DNA of 21,361 nucleotides, taken from assembly GCF_006345805.1 (NCBI RefSeq), contig NW_021823754.1, forward strand, positions 1 to 21,361. Reading direction: 5' to 3'. Both the position numbers and the translations under genes were made by a program. Positions 9,083 through 19,749 of this stretch are shown one piece after another. The notes beneath the pieces were generated by a model. That model was not told the origin of the DNA. It worked only from the letters and a program-made list of their open reading frames with translations, and did not search any database. Numbering within the stretch: position 1 is the first letter of the stretch; every line of letters starts with the position of its first letter. The stretch is from Octopus sinensis (Eukaryota).

Positions 9083-10850
9083 TATAAAACTAACTTCTCC
9101 CTTTAGAAATAGATATCATTCTAACTGCCAGAAAGACATCATCTCCTACGATGATTAACTTTGGTGCCAGGATATCCATAATAACTTCTAAGATATAACC
9201 ATGGGCTCCTCAACTCTACTCAGGGTCACAGGTTGTTTGAAGTATACCTTTTCCAACAACTTCGCATGTATTTCTCTAACTTTGCGGGCTGTTAGTATAG
9301 GAACAATGCATTGCTGGTTACTACGAGCATAAGTAAATCTGAATTAGAGAAAAACTAAAAAAAACTCACTAAATTCTTTGCTAATTTAACTCGTCTATCT
9401 CCTTTGAAAACACTTACAAAAGGGCTCACTTTGTAGATGTTACTTTAGATTTAGAATCATCGCTACACCCCCCTTTCCATAAACCGAATCAATACTTCAG
9501 ATACATTAATACAGGCTCTACTCTAAGCACATAAATCTACCTTTAATAGAGTAATCAAAGGTATATCTATTTAGATATCTGATCTCTCGGCCATGGAGGA
9601 AATCTTCAATATCCATGCTACATACTATAACCAGGCCCTAACTGCTAGCAGCTTCTCCCAGCAAATTAAATTCAAGGCAAACACTAGGCTTAAAAAAAAC
9701 ATTGCTAATCTCAATCCCAAAAGGCATGCCCCACTACTAGACAAATAAACCATTCCTCTATGAATGACAATAAAGCTTACAACTCACCTCTAACAAATAC
9801 TATAGATTATACTTCCCCTATTTTGCCTAACAAAAGTTGGGTAAATCAATTCTCTGGTTTATACCTTCATTCACCTTAAACATTAAGGGCTTAGCCAAAA
9901 CATTCTTTCAAATAGTAGATGCTAACTTCCCATATCACCATAAGTACCATTCAATCTTTAATAGATTGCCCCCCCAATTTTCCTACTCCCCTTGCTCATT
10001 ATAGAATCTATTGTTACTTCCTCCAATAAACATAAATAATTCCTACTACCTAAATATACATAATCATAACAAAGGTCAAAGCTACAAAAAACACTAATAA
10101 CATTGATGGCATACACCACACCACTAGATCAGAATTAACCAAGATACAAACATCCCTGCCTCCTATGAAGGTCAAAGTGTAACTGAGATGAGTGGATACT
10201 AATAGCACCACCACCAATACTAATATTAACAACTCCAATATGACTGATACCACCATTACTACTATTGCTAGGGTTATTGACAGGGATAATAATTTTACTA
10301 CTACTAATATAATAATAATGACAACAACAATAATTAGATACGGGCTAATCCCCTAACAACACCTTTAATTCTAATTTCTCCATAAATAATAACACTCATA
10401 GGACAACTAGATATAATGCTAATCCATAACCGAATGCCCATTGCAAGCCCACTCTATAAGATTTAACGTAGTATACAAATGCATGGTCCACAACATATCA
10501 CATAATTCTGCTAACTACTATATCAGATCTACTATTAATTTTAAACAGAGATATTCTGCACATATGAACTCATTTAAGTATGAGGAGTATAGCAAATTGA
10601 TCTCCCTACCTAACTATATACACCATCTAATAGATAGTAAGATGCCATACAAGAAATCCTAGGCCATAACAGACTTCAGGGTCCCTTACCAAGGCCAGCG
10701 ATCCCCTTGTAGACTATACCTAAAAGAAGCCATGCAAATATTAATACATAATTCACCACAATTGTTAATAAACAACACAAAGCCTTTTTCTACATGTTGT
10801 TATAGGTTCTATCACACCTTAAAATTCTTCTATAGATCCAAATGGCAAAC
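9083..10850 (+). mobile_element. 5'-truncated, decayed Penelope-like element (RT followed by C-terminal GIY-YIG endonuclease)
   Basis: RT remnants: DITMGS (9192), VYLFQQL, YRNNALL (9296; degenerate YRDD), HFVDVTLDL, PFHKPN..YIN, ISDLS..EEIFN, HSIFNR..FSYS. EN remnants: ECPLQ..NVVYKC..YYIRST.NFKQRY..H..SFK and CRLYLKE..IL (10430-10830). This is the canonical EN+ domain order; the clade is not assigned. Confidence 0.85.
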
Positions 10851-11621
10851 AAAATCAACATGCATAACACATCCATCCACAGTTGTTACAATAGATGTAG
10901 ATATATATATCTATGTACATGTGTGTGCGTGCGTGTGTGTACATATACTTGTATGTGCATGTCTTATATGATGCTTATGTGCTTATATGTGGGTTCATGT
11001 ACAACCTCAACATACAAATTCAAGAACACCATACCCTGTACAAATAATTAAGAAATTTACCAAAATAACAAATCCAAAGGAGACACACTTCAAAAGATGT
11101 CTTCTAGAGTAATGTCCCTTGACCCATTGATTCATTGTTTCATTTACGCGAATTTACGAGAAATCCTGAAAATGAAATGAGACTGTTTTCCAAAGTGGAA
11201 GCGAACACCTTTCTCCATGTGATTGGCTTGGAAAATTGTTAAGACACTATGATATTTTCCAGCTCTTCTTAACATGAAACCAATGGTAGACTTAATTCAC
11301 AAATAAATTAAATATCCACAAATGAAGCGTTGAGCACTCATTTCATCATTCTACATTTACGAATCAAAGCTTCCAATGTAAACAAACACCGGCTAAGCAC
11401 TGAAAACTAACAAAGGATCAAAACAAACCATGGAAAAACACAAAATATTGACATCACTGAAAAATATTTCTATTCCACCAAGGAGAGTATACATGAAGCA
11501 TCTTATCGAGTAAACTGAATATGTTCTGAGGAGAATGAAATAGAAAACCTATTTTTTCGAGAAAGGTACATGCAGCCCTTATGCAGCGGATAATTACGGC
11601 TTCAGATCTTATAAAAACCAG

Positions 11622-11737
11622 CTGGCTCCTGTGCTGGTGGCACGCAATAAGCACCATTCATGTGTAGGTCAATACATATGCCACCTGATTGGCTCCCTGT
11701 GCTGGTGGCATGTAAAAACCACCCTCTGAACATGGTC
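11622..11737 (+). mobile_element. Two tandem units of the internal repeat of the (GAT)n-tailed SINE family
   Basis: TGGCTCC(C)TGTGCTGGTGGCA(C/T)G.AA.AA.CACC occurs twice and is the reverse complement of the 249-540 units. Confidence 0.65.
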
Positions 11738-11925
11738 AATCTAAGTGGCTTAGCGTAATTTTTTTTAGACAAAACAACCAGTTTCTAGTAGAGAAATCGA
11801 TAGTTCAGAATTCCTTAAGTGAGATGACCCTGATGACTTAATAATATAATAATATAATAATAATAATAATAATAATTGTGTACAGTGCTCAGGTGCACTA
11901 CAACTCATCTAAAGTGTATATATAA

Positions 11926-14767
11926 TCAGGTGTAGTTTCGGCGGATTTCGGAAAGCATGAGGGCCTTAAAAGATGCAGTGTCATGGCAGTCAACAACTGA
12001 CGCAGGCAGTTTATTCCATGCTTCAGCAACTCTGAGCGTGAAAAAATGTTTCCGAAAGTCATGGGAGCTGTATTGTTTTCTGACTTTGTAGGCATGTCCA
12101 CGTGTGTTAGACACATGGAGATCAAAAAGGTGTTCAGTGTTGTTGTTGGTGAGGTGGTTGATAACTTTGTGGGTGTTTACCAAGTCCGTCGCCAAACGCC
12201 GGAGCTTCAGTGAATCCATGCCCAGGGAAACAAGGCGCTCAGAATATGGTAGGTGTCTGATGGAGGGTATGCGTTTGGTTGCACGTCTCTGGACAGATTC
12301 CAGGAGGTCAATGTTCTGTGCAAGATAGGGGTTCCAAACTGATGATGCGAATTCCAAGTGTGGTCGTACCATAGCTGTATACAGTTTTAAATAGATGGCT
12401 GGAGAGCGGCTAACAAAAGACCTGCTGAGTGATGCCAAGACACCCTCGGCCTTCCTGACAATCTTAGAGATATGCTTTGACCAACGCAAATCACTGCTGA
12501 CAGTGATGCCTAGGTCACGCTCGCAAGAGGATTTCTTGATATCAGTGTTGTGGAGGGAGTATGTGAACGCAGGGTTTTTTCTCCCAAAATGCATGGTGGT
12601 ACACTTGTCCACAGCCAGTTTCAGTTGCCAGTCTGTGATCCATTGCTGCATTGTGTCTAGGTCTGATTGCAGGAAAGAGTTGTAGACATCAGGATCTGTC
12701 CTCTTGATTTCAAGGTACAGCTTGATGTCGTCTGCATATTTCAATACTGTGGCATTCTTTAAATTGGCATCTATGTCGTTAATGTATGCCACAAACAAGA
12801 GGGGACCAAGGACAGATCCCTGTGGTACACCCGATGACATCTCATATGGTGTAGAGTGCTGTCCTAGAACTGTGACTACCTCCTTTCGGCTGAGGATGAA
12901 GGATTTCAACCAGTTAAAAAGGTCATCCCCCACACCCATTGCAGAGAGTTTCACCATAAGCCTTTTGTGTGGCACAGAGTTGAAAGCCTTAGCAAAGTCA
13001 AGGTAGACAACATCCACCCATGAGCCACTGTCAGTAATCTGAGTAATGTCCTCAAGGAACTCGACAAGCTGGTCACTGCAGCTGGAGTTAGGGACAAATC
13101 CATATTGTGAGGGTCGGATGAGACTGTGAGAGCTCCAGAAGTTCCAGAGTGTTTCTCTGACACACGATTCCATCAGTTTTGCAATACAGCTAGTGAGACT
13201 GACTGGGCGATAGTTGACAGGTGATGTGCGGTCGCCCTTTTTGAACAGAGGAATGACACTGGCAGTTTCCACTGCTCCGGAGTAGCACCATTGTTGAGAC
13301 AGTACTGGAAGAAAATAGAAAGCTGGTGTAAAAGGAAGTGCCTGCCACGTTTGAGAAGCAGGTATGTAACTCCATCGAGACCAGGGGAGGCATAGTTGCG
13401 CTTATTTTGAAGGTGACGTCGCAGCATTGCAGGTGTAAATTCCATAGTTGTTATGGAGTTTGCTGTTAGTGATGGTGAAGATGGTACATTTTGACTTTCA
13501 ACAGTGAATATGTTTGCATAGCACTCGGCAATGAGTTCTGCGCATTCCTTGGGGTCGTCAGTGATCTGGTTTGTGTGAGGGTTGCGAAGAGGGCCCACTG
13601 GAGAGTGAGGTCTCTGCTTTGAGTGCACATATTTCCAGAAAACCTTGCTGTCAGGATTGGCTGCTATGCACTGTTCAAATTCAAGCACTGCTTTTTTTGT
13701 CACTTGCTTGAGATGGTTGGAGGATTTATTCCGCTTCTTCCTGTTGGTGTCTGATTTATGCAACCTGTATTCCTGTTCAGCAGTCCGACGTTCCCTCCTG
13801 GCAAGTCGGACCGCTGAAGTTTCCCAAATTGCCCTTTTGGGGCGGTTCTTCTTTTTTTGTACGTGGCACTGATGCTGCACATGCTGCCCATATTGAGTCC
13901 AGGATACTCTGGAGTATAGTATTCACATCTCCAGAGTTGTAGAATTCACGCCAGTTTGGGTGCTGTAGTTCAGTGTGGTACAGGTTCCAATCTGCTCTCT
14001 TCCAATCGAAGGAAGCAGATTGGAGATGGTTCAGGTTTTTGTTGCCCGCAAGAGCCAGATTGGCGATGATCATAGCATGATCAGAGTCACCTAGAGGTTC
14101 CTCCGTAGTGCAATTGATAACCGCTTCAGGAGTTGTGGTGAAGAGCAGGTCCAAGGTGTTGTCGCCTCTTGTTGGAGAGGTGACTACTTGTGACCAGTTT
14201 GAGTCCAGCACAAGCTCAACAAAATCGTTTGCACTCTGTGGCCAATGGAAGGTCTCCCAATCGATCTCAGGATGATTGAAATCGCCTGCAATAAACACAT
14301 AAGTGGCTGTTTTCCTGGCAGCAGCTCGGAGGACATTGCAAAGCTGTGTGTCCGATGGTAACTTGGGGGACGATAAACAACGCCAAGCAGGAGTGTTGAC
14401 ATGGTCATACGCACGTCACAGAAAAAAACTTCTTCTTGTGATTCGTTCAAATCGGCACAAGGAATTACCAAAAAATTGAACGAACGTAGACCATCACACC
14501 ACCACCACGGCGGTTAGTGCGGTCCTTACGGAAGAGGTTGTACCCCGTAATGTTGAAAACCCCATCACAGAGTAAGGAATGCGCCCATGTTTCCGTGACA
14601 GTGATGAAGTCAGGGTCAACACTTCTGACGTAGGCGTTGAACAAATGTATTTTGTTGCATAAACTGCGAGCATTTAAGGACAACAATTTGTACCCTGCTC
14701 GCAGTTTATGATGGTGTGTAGAGGATGGCAGGTTGTTCTGGCTTAGTTTCCCTGAGTTGCTGTAGTC
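11926..14767 (-). CDS. CR1 ORF2 (APE endonuclease + reverse transcriptase), ~940 codons if four 1-nt frameshifts are repaired
   Basis: LSLNARSLCNK, VTETW, RRGGGVMVY, VYRPP, AGDFNHP, TRGDNTLDLLF, SDH (EN). NYRPVSLTS, YLDFAKAFNSVPH, GVPQGSVLGPLLF, YADDIK, ERDLG, SVQRRATK (RT and CR1 C-terminus). No nonsense codon in the joined path. Confidence 0.85.
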
Positions 14768-15926
14768 TTAGTTATTGTGTGGTAGAGAGCACTCAGACCA
14801 GCTGGTATCTCTCTTCCACGTTTCAGCAGTCTTGACAAATCTCCAGATTTGTCCATCTTCCCGAAGACTGAAGCTTTCCTGTAGAGCTGAGTTCCTATTC
14901 AGGGAAGCCACTACACGTAGCTTCGGACGTACATCGGACGGTAAGCCTGGGCGTGTTCGGAAGGTGGTCCGATTTTCACGCCCAGCTTTAACTGAGGCCA
15001 GATGGTAAGAGGTTGCCTCAGTGGGGTCCGTAAAAGACAACTTGATGAGCCTAGGTTTTGGGCCAGGTCGTCCAAGGCGGATAGCACCCGTTGGGGGAAC
15101 GCAGCCTAGGTCTTTGGCTGAGTTGGCAGCAAAAGCCTGAAGATCAGCCATGTCTTCTGGCACCCCAATGGCAATGACTTCATGGGTGGCAGAATCCGCG
15201 GTCTTAAATGCGACAAGAGGTACAGGTACAGGGAGGTTCTTTAGCAGAGCATTCCGATAAGACCCCTCATTGTGGAGTCCAACCTGAATGGTTGCTTTTA
15301 TTCCTGCTACTTCCCCTTTAAAGCACAGATCGATTGTTGCAGTTCTGCAAGAACCGCACTGGTCAATTGGTTGTTGTGTTGTGCTGTTGCTCTAGTTGTG
15401 GTTGATTTGTTGTGTGTGTTGTGTTGTTGATGTTGTTGTTGCTGCTGCTTGGTGTGGTTGATTTTGTGTTGCTGCTGCTCTGGTTGTGGTTGATTTTGTT
15501 GTTGCTGCGCTGCTGCTCTAGTTGTTGTTGCTGCTGTTTTGTTGTTGCTGCTGCTTGGTTGTGGTTGATTTTGTTGTGCTGCTGTTGTGTTGCTGTTCCG
15601 CCTCCTCCACGGGAGTGGCAGGGGGAGACACAATCGTCGGTTGTGGAGGCACGCAGGCCTGACACTGAAAAGTCCAAGATTTAAGCTGAACCATCTTCCA
15701 GAGTCTATCCATCATAGCATTATGATGGCTCTTTTTTTGGCCTGGGATCTTCTGAAAGTCCGTGGCACATTGGAGGCAGACAGAGATGAGACATGTCCCA
15801 CATTCGACCCAGCGATTACGGAACGTATTTTCGGGTTCCGTACGATGTGGCAGGTGTGATTTTCTGGGCAGTGTTCTATTTAGAGCAGCGACCAGTCTTA
15901 TCGCACGCCGCTATGGATTTCACCAT
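14768..15926 (-). CDS. CR1 ORF1: PHD/RING-like Cys cluster, Q-rich tract, coiled coil and RRM-like C-terminal region (frameshifted as given)
   Basis: ATG at 15926 in a gccATGG context. Repaired reading MVKSIAACDKTGRCSKIEHC..VECGTCLISVCLQC..WTFQCQAC, then SAVLAELQQSICALKGEVAGIK and RLGRPGPKPRLIKLSF. PHD fingers are established in CR1 ORF1s. Confidence 0.7.
15365..15600 (-). repeat. Imperfect CAA/CAG-rich repeat encoding a poly-Q / QNQPQP tract in ORF1
   Basis: The + strand motif GTGGTTGATTT recurs four times among (GTT/GCT)n. Confidence 0.85.
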
Positions 15927-16015
15927 GGCGATTCTGTTGCTTCTGGTCATCCGTAGAGACAGAAAATGTAAACAACAATACGATAAAAGTAAAAATATAA
16001 AATATTTGTTTTTGA

Positions 16016-16131
16016 TTCGTTCTTTTTTGTGTATATTCCTTGTTCTTAAATATTGGTGTGTATATACACATGTTCGTTCTTTTTTGTGTATATTCTTTTT
16101 TTCTTAAATATTGCGTGTGTATACATAAAAG
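16016..16131. repeat. 57-bp tandem duplication upstream of CR1 ORF1
   Basis: TTCGTTCTTTTTTGTGTATATTC..TTCTTAAATATTG.GTGT starts at 16016 and 16073. Confidence 0.85.
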
Positions 16132-16445
16132 TATTTGTGCGTATAGACACGGAGAAAGTTTGTAAACAGAAATGAAATTTTTGATTTTTTTGCAGTGTAG
16201 TCCGTCACATTAAATAGTGTGATTTATTTTCACTCTGCACGTATATACATGTGTGCTACAAGTATCTATGTATGTATGTATGTCACTGCTTTATAAATTT
16301 TGGACGTACTTACTGTCGTTCAACGATTTCTTTTACCCTCAACTACACGTGGTGAATTCTTCCATTGTAGATCTGTGGTGGTCATCGTCGTAATATTTTC
16401 TCTTTAGTTTCCTCGCCCAAATTGATTATACCCTAATCAACCATA

Positions 16446-16720
16446 TGTAAGAAAGTTGTTGGTAGAAGTTGATTGATAGAAACTCCATATCGTACATCCA
16501 GTGCAAGCTCTGTGTGTGGAAAGTGCAAGGTACAATAAGCATAAAAAGTGCTGACAACGACTTCCTCAACTGCATGGGGGGAGATCTACAAATATCAAAC
16601 CAGTTAAGTTACCCTTAACTGTGCATAAATTTGCTGTAGTTACAAAATAAAGATGTAAATAAAAGCTTCCACATGTAACATCTGCTGCTTGAGTTATTAT
16701 TGCTAAAATACAACATGACA
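16446..16720 (+). mobile_element. Probable 5' LTR of a Ty3/Gypsy element
   Basis: TGT...ACA ends, with AATAAA at ~16646 and ~16659. Immediately followed by a PBS and gag. The left boundary is a guess because no second LTR is present. Confidence 0.5.
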
Positions 16721-16733
16721 TGGTGGCAGTGAG
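16721..16733 (+). promoter_or_regulatory. Primer-binding site complementary to the tRNA-Leu 3' end
   Basis: TGGTGGCAGTGAG versus the expected TGGTGGCAGCGGT for tRNA-Leu(AAG/TAG). It lies directly after ..ACA. Confidence 0.65.
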
Positions 16734-16885
16734 CAGTAGAATGATATGCCAGTTGCACTAAAAGGAGAAAATATTGAATGAAAGCCAGTCGCAAAGAGAA
16801 AATAACATAAACATTTTTTTTTATCTCTTTCTGTCTCTATGATATATAAGCAAGTCTGATTCACCCGGTGGGCTAAAAAAAAATT

Positions 16886-17700
16886 GTGGCATCAACTATT
16901 CCATTACCAATTTTAGATTGGTCAAATGAGAACAAATGTGAAGCATACAATGAATGGGTTGATTTTATGAACTCATATTTCATTATAAACAAAGTAGAGG
17001 AGACATTGAAACAAAATTACACTTTGCTCAGCACAGGACCAAAGGGTCAGGAGTTAATGAACAATGCCAATATTACAACCAAAGACAAAGAATCTTTGGC
17101 AAATTTATTTACAATTTTCAAGGCTCATTTGATACAGAAACCAAGGGTTGAAACAGCTAGAATTTTCATTGTTGCAGTAAAATGACAGCACAATTGACAA
17201 ATATTTAAACATGTTAAAAACAAAAACCAAAAGGTGAGACTTTGATATAAGCAAGGATGAAAGAATACTTGAACAAATAATAAAAGGATTAAAGTGGGCT
17301 GATGAAAAATGGAAAATTAGAAACAAACCAAACCTTGCACTAGATGTAGTTATTAAAAGCATAACGACATATGAAGATACAATAATGCACAGTACACACT
17401 ACAAAGATATCAGTGAAAAGAAAACAAGTACCTGTTACGAAGTAATGACGAAAAATAATAACCAATGTGGAAGATGCAAGAAATTTCACGGAAAAAAAAA
17501 GGAAGACTGTTATGCATTTAACAGAGAATGCAGAAAATGCTACGGACTAACCATTTCCAAAAATTTTGCCATACAAAAACAATCACATACCAAAACAGTC
17601 AACACAGAACAAGAATACAAAGCCTATGCCGAACCAGAAAACAAAGCCTGTGCAGTCTTAGAAAATAAAACAGAGATAAAATTGTGAACACCACTTACAA
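16886..17700 (+). pseudogene. Ty3/Gypsy gag pseudogene with CCHC zinc knuckle; pol missing
   Basis: PLPILDW..AYNEW..YF..LLSTGPKGQEL..FKAHL..KP (gag N-terminus). CGRCKKFHG..C, then CRKCYGLNHFQKFC (C-x2-C-x4-H-x4-C) after one frameshift near 17550. Cut off near the SINE at 17751. Confidence 0.75.
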
Positions 17701-17750
17701 GTCACAATATGATTCAATCCAAAAGAATTATGAAAAAGAGATAGAAAAAA

Positions 17751-18088
17751 TTATACTCTCTTACTCTTTTACTCTTTTACTTGTTTCAGTCATTTGACTG
17801 CGGCCATGCTGGAGCATCGCCTTTAATCGAGTAACTCGACCCCGGGACTTATTCTTTTGTTTTTTTGTAAGCCCAGTACTTATTCTATCAGTCTCTTTTG
17901 CTGATCTGCTAAGTAACGGGGGACATAAACACATCGGTTGTCAAGCAATGCTAGGGGGACAAACACAGACACACAAACACACACACACACACATACACAT
18001 ATATACATATATACGATGGGCTTCTTTCAGTTCCGGCAACCAAATCCAATCACAAGGTTTTGGTCGGCCCAAGGCTATAGCAGAAGAC
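17751..18088 (-). mobile_element. tRNA-derived SINE, 3' and central part, with (AGAGTAA)n tail
   Basis: (TTACTCT)n at ~17755-17781, then GTTTCAGTCATTTGACTGCGGCCATGCTGGAGCA. Internal (CA)n/(TA)n. Recognised from memory as an abundant octopus SINE. Confidence 0.85.
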
Positions 18089-18490
18089 AGATTTTGCAGA
18101 TTTTAAATTAAAAGGAGTTGATGCAATCACTAAATTCTCAAAAAATTTGCATGATGAAAATAGCATGATTGAAACTGAGAAAATAAAAACGTCTAAAATA
18201 CACAAATTGCTGTTGAACATTTTAACTATGAGTTTGAAGATATTTTTAAGCAATGTCACAAAAGTCTCAAAGAGAGACATTAAGCAGAAACCAAAGAAAT
18301 TGAGTCAGAACATGAAAAACTTCTTGAAAAGCCCCAAGAAGACTTTAAAGGGAAGGAGAAACAAGAAAGAAAAAAAACTTGCTGAGAAACTTAGTGCCAA
18401 ACAAAAAGAGATGAAAGAAGAAATGCAGCAGAAAATGGTAAGTTTGAAGAAGGAACTAACTGTAGAAAAAGACAAAATAGATTAAATTAG

Positions 18491-18581
18491 AGACAGCTTT
18501 TGCCTAAAGTGCCACACAGTGGAACTGAACCTTGAATTATGCAATTGGAAAGCAAGCTTCCTACCACCCAACCAGACCTGC
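18491..18581 (-). mobile_element. tRNA-like head of the same SINE family (A and B boxes)
   Basis: Minus strand: TGGTTGGGTGG (A-box-like, 18564-18574) and GGTTCAGTTCC (B-box-like, 18521-18531). It resumes at AGACA, where the 18088 piece stops. Confidence 0.7.
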
Positions 18582-18803
18582 TTCTCTGTATACATATGTA
18601 CATATATGTATGTGTAAAACAACACACACATGTGTGTGTGTGGTGCATGCATGTATGTGTGTGTGTAAAATAAAACAAATGCAAATAACAACAAAAGTCC
18701 AATGGAGTTTCACAGTTGATATTATTAGGTCGATGCTCAAAGGAAAAAAACATTATAGAGTAAAAGCTGCAATCCTTTATTAGATTTAAGAATGTCTAAA
18801 CTG

Positions 18804-19045
18804 TCCATCCATCCATCCATTTCCTCAACCCACTAATACTAGAAAGTTTGTGGGAGTGGAGCCTTCAAGCACTTTCTTCATAGGGTCCTATCAGAAGCAG
18901 CCATCATTAGATATTCTGGCTGGATTCCCAAGTATGACCAACTGAGATATGGATATTATCCAGTCATCTTGATTTTGGTCTATCTCCAGATCTCATAAAG
19001 AATGGTTTGGCTTGAATTATCTGTCCCTTGATTCTTTCCTATGTC
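18804..19045 (-). mobile_element. 3' end of an RTE-clade LINE with (GATG)n tail
   Basis: Mixed-frame minus translation R.RPKSRWLDNI..LGIQPEYLMMAASDRTL(W)RK matches the RTE ORF C-terminal pattern. (TCCA)n at 18804-18820. Confidence 0.55.
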
Positions 19046-19074
19046 ATTCTATGTCATTCATATCCTTTGTACCA

Positions 19075-19435
19075 GGTAAGAAGTAATTATGTTTCAGTGT
19101 GGTAAGAAGCAGCGATGTGGCAGTGTGGAAAGAATTAACAATGTGGCAGTGTGGTAAGAATTAATGATGTACCAGTGTGGTAAGAAGTAATGATGCTGAG
19201 GTGTGGTAAGAAAAGTCATGTTGCAAGAAGTAATGATGTGTCAGCGTAGTAAAATTAATGATGTGGAGATGTGGTAAGAATTAACAATGTGGCAGTGTAG
19301 TAAGAAGTACAGATGTGGTAGTGTGGTAAGGAGTAATGATGTGGCAGTGTGGTAAGAAGTAATGATGTGGCAGTGTGGTAAGGAGTACAGATGTGGCACT
19401 GTCGTAGAAGTAATGATGTGGTAGTATGTTGTAAT
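19075..19435. repeat. 26-bp minisatellite, ~14 units, consensus AAGAAGTAATGATGTGGCAGTGTGGT
   Basis: Direct reading of successive units. Confidence 0.92.
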
Positions 19436-19440
19436 GATTT

Positions 19441-19749
19441 AACAGGGTCCCGAAAAGATGCAACTCAACAACACTCACAGAATACATATAGTGCCTAAAG
19501 GACAATCATACGCCCTTTACCATCAGGTGGAAATAACTGGAAACTTGTGAACATTATCACAATGGAACAAGACTATGTAAATTGTGTTTGGCAGAAAGAT
19601 ATATAATCCTCATGAACTCACATGAGTCAAGAGGCTACCTGAACACCAGAACAGAAGCTGTGAGGAGTTGTCCACATTTTCAGAAAATTTTACTTCAAAA
19701 TTGGAAAACCCAGCTATCAAGCAAAAGAAGACAACTTGCCCAGCCATAA
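19441..19749 (+). pseudogene. C-terminal half of a Penelope-type GIY-YIG endonuclease (a second, different family)
   Basis: Single frame from 19441 with two internal stops: NSTTLTEYI*CLKDNHTPFTIRWK*LETCEHYHNGTRLCKLCLAERYIIL..YLNTRTEAVRSCPHFQKILL, ending at TAA 19747-19749. It is missing from the ORF track. Confidence 0.8.

Larger units (their letters stand above)
11839..16135 (-). mobile_element. Young, near-intact CR1-clade LINE with (ATT)n-type 3' tail; the 5' UTR may extend to ~16440
   Basis: Tail (AAT)n on the + strand at 11839-11876. Complete EN-RT ORF2 and a Cys-rich ORF1. GC- and CpG-rich relative to the flanks. The 5' boundary is uncertain and no TSD was found. Confidence 0.9.

Noticed and set aside
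8477-9158. Short ORFs in the hammerhead units; also a possible minus-strand ribozyme or CRISPR-like array
   Set aside because: The ORFs are not preserved between the two units. There is no CUGANGA..GAAA core on the minus strand, and no repeat-spacer pattern or cas genes.
9083-10850. Apparent G-to-A hypermutation of the Penelope copy (DD to NN, YIG to YIR, SGF to SSF)
   Set aside because: Most inferred changes fall in CpG context, so ordinary methyl-C decay is sufficient.
11040-11620. Possible hAT/Buster transposase remnant (HEASYRV near 11490)
   Set aside because: Only one short motif; the flanking translation does not support it.
11830-11836. CTGATGA next to the CR1 tail
   Set aside because: No stem II or GAAA follows, so it is not a hammerhead.
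16420-16445. Possible target-site duplication for the CR1 (ACCCTAATCAACC vs ACCCTGATGACTT at ~11827)
   Set aside because: Too many mismatches for so young an element.
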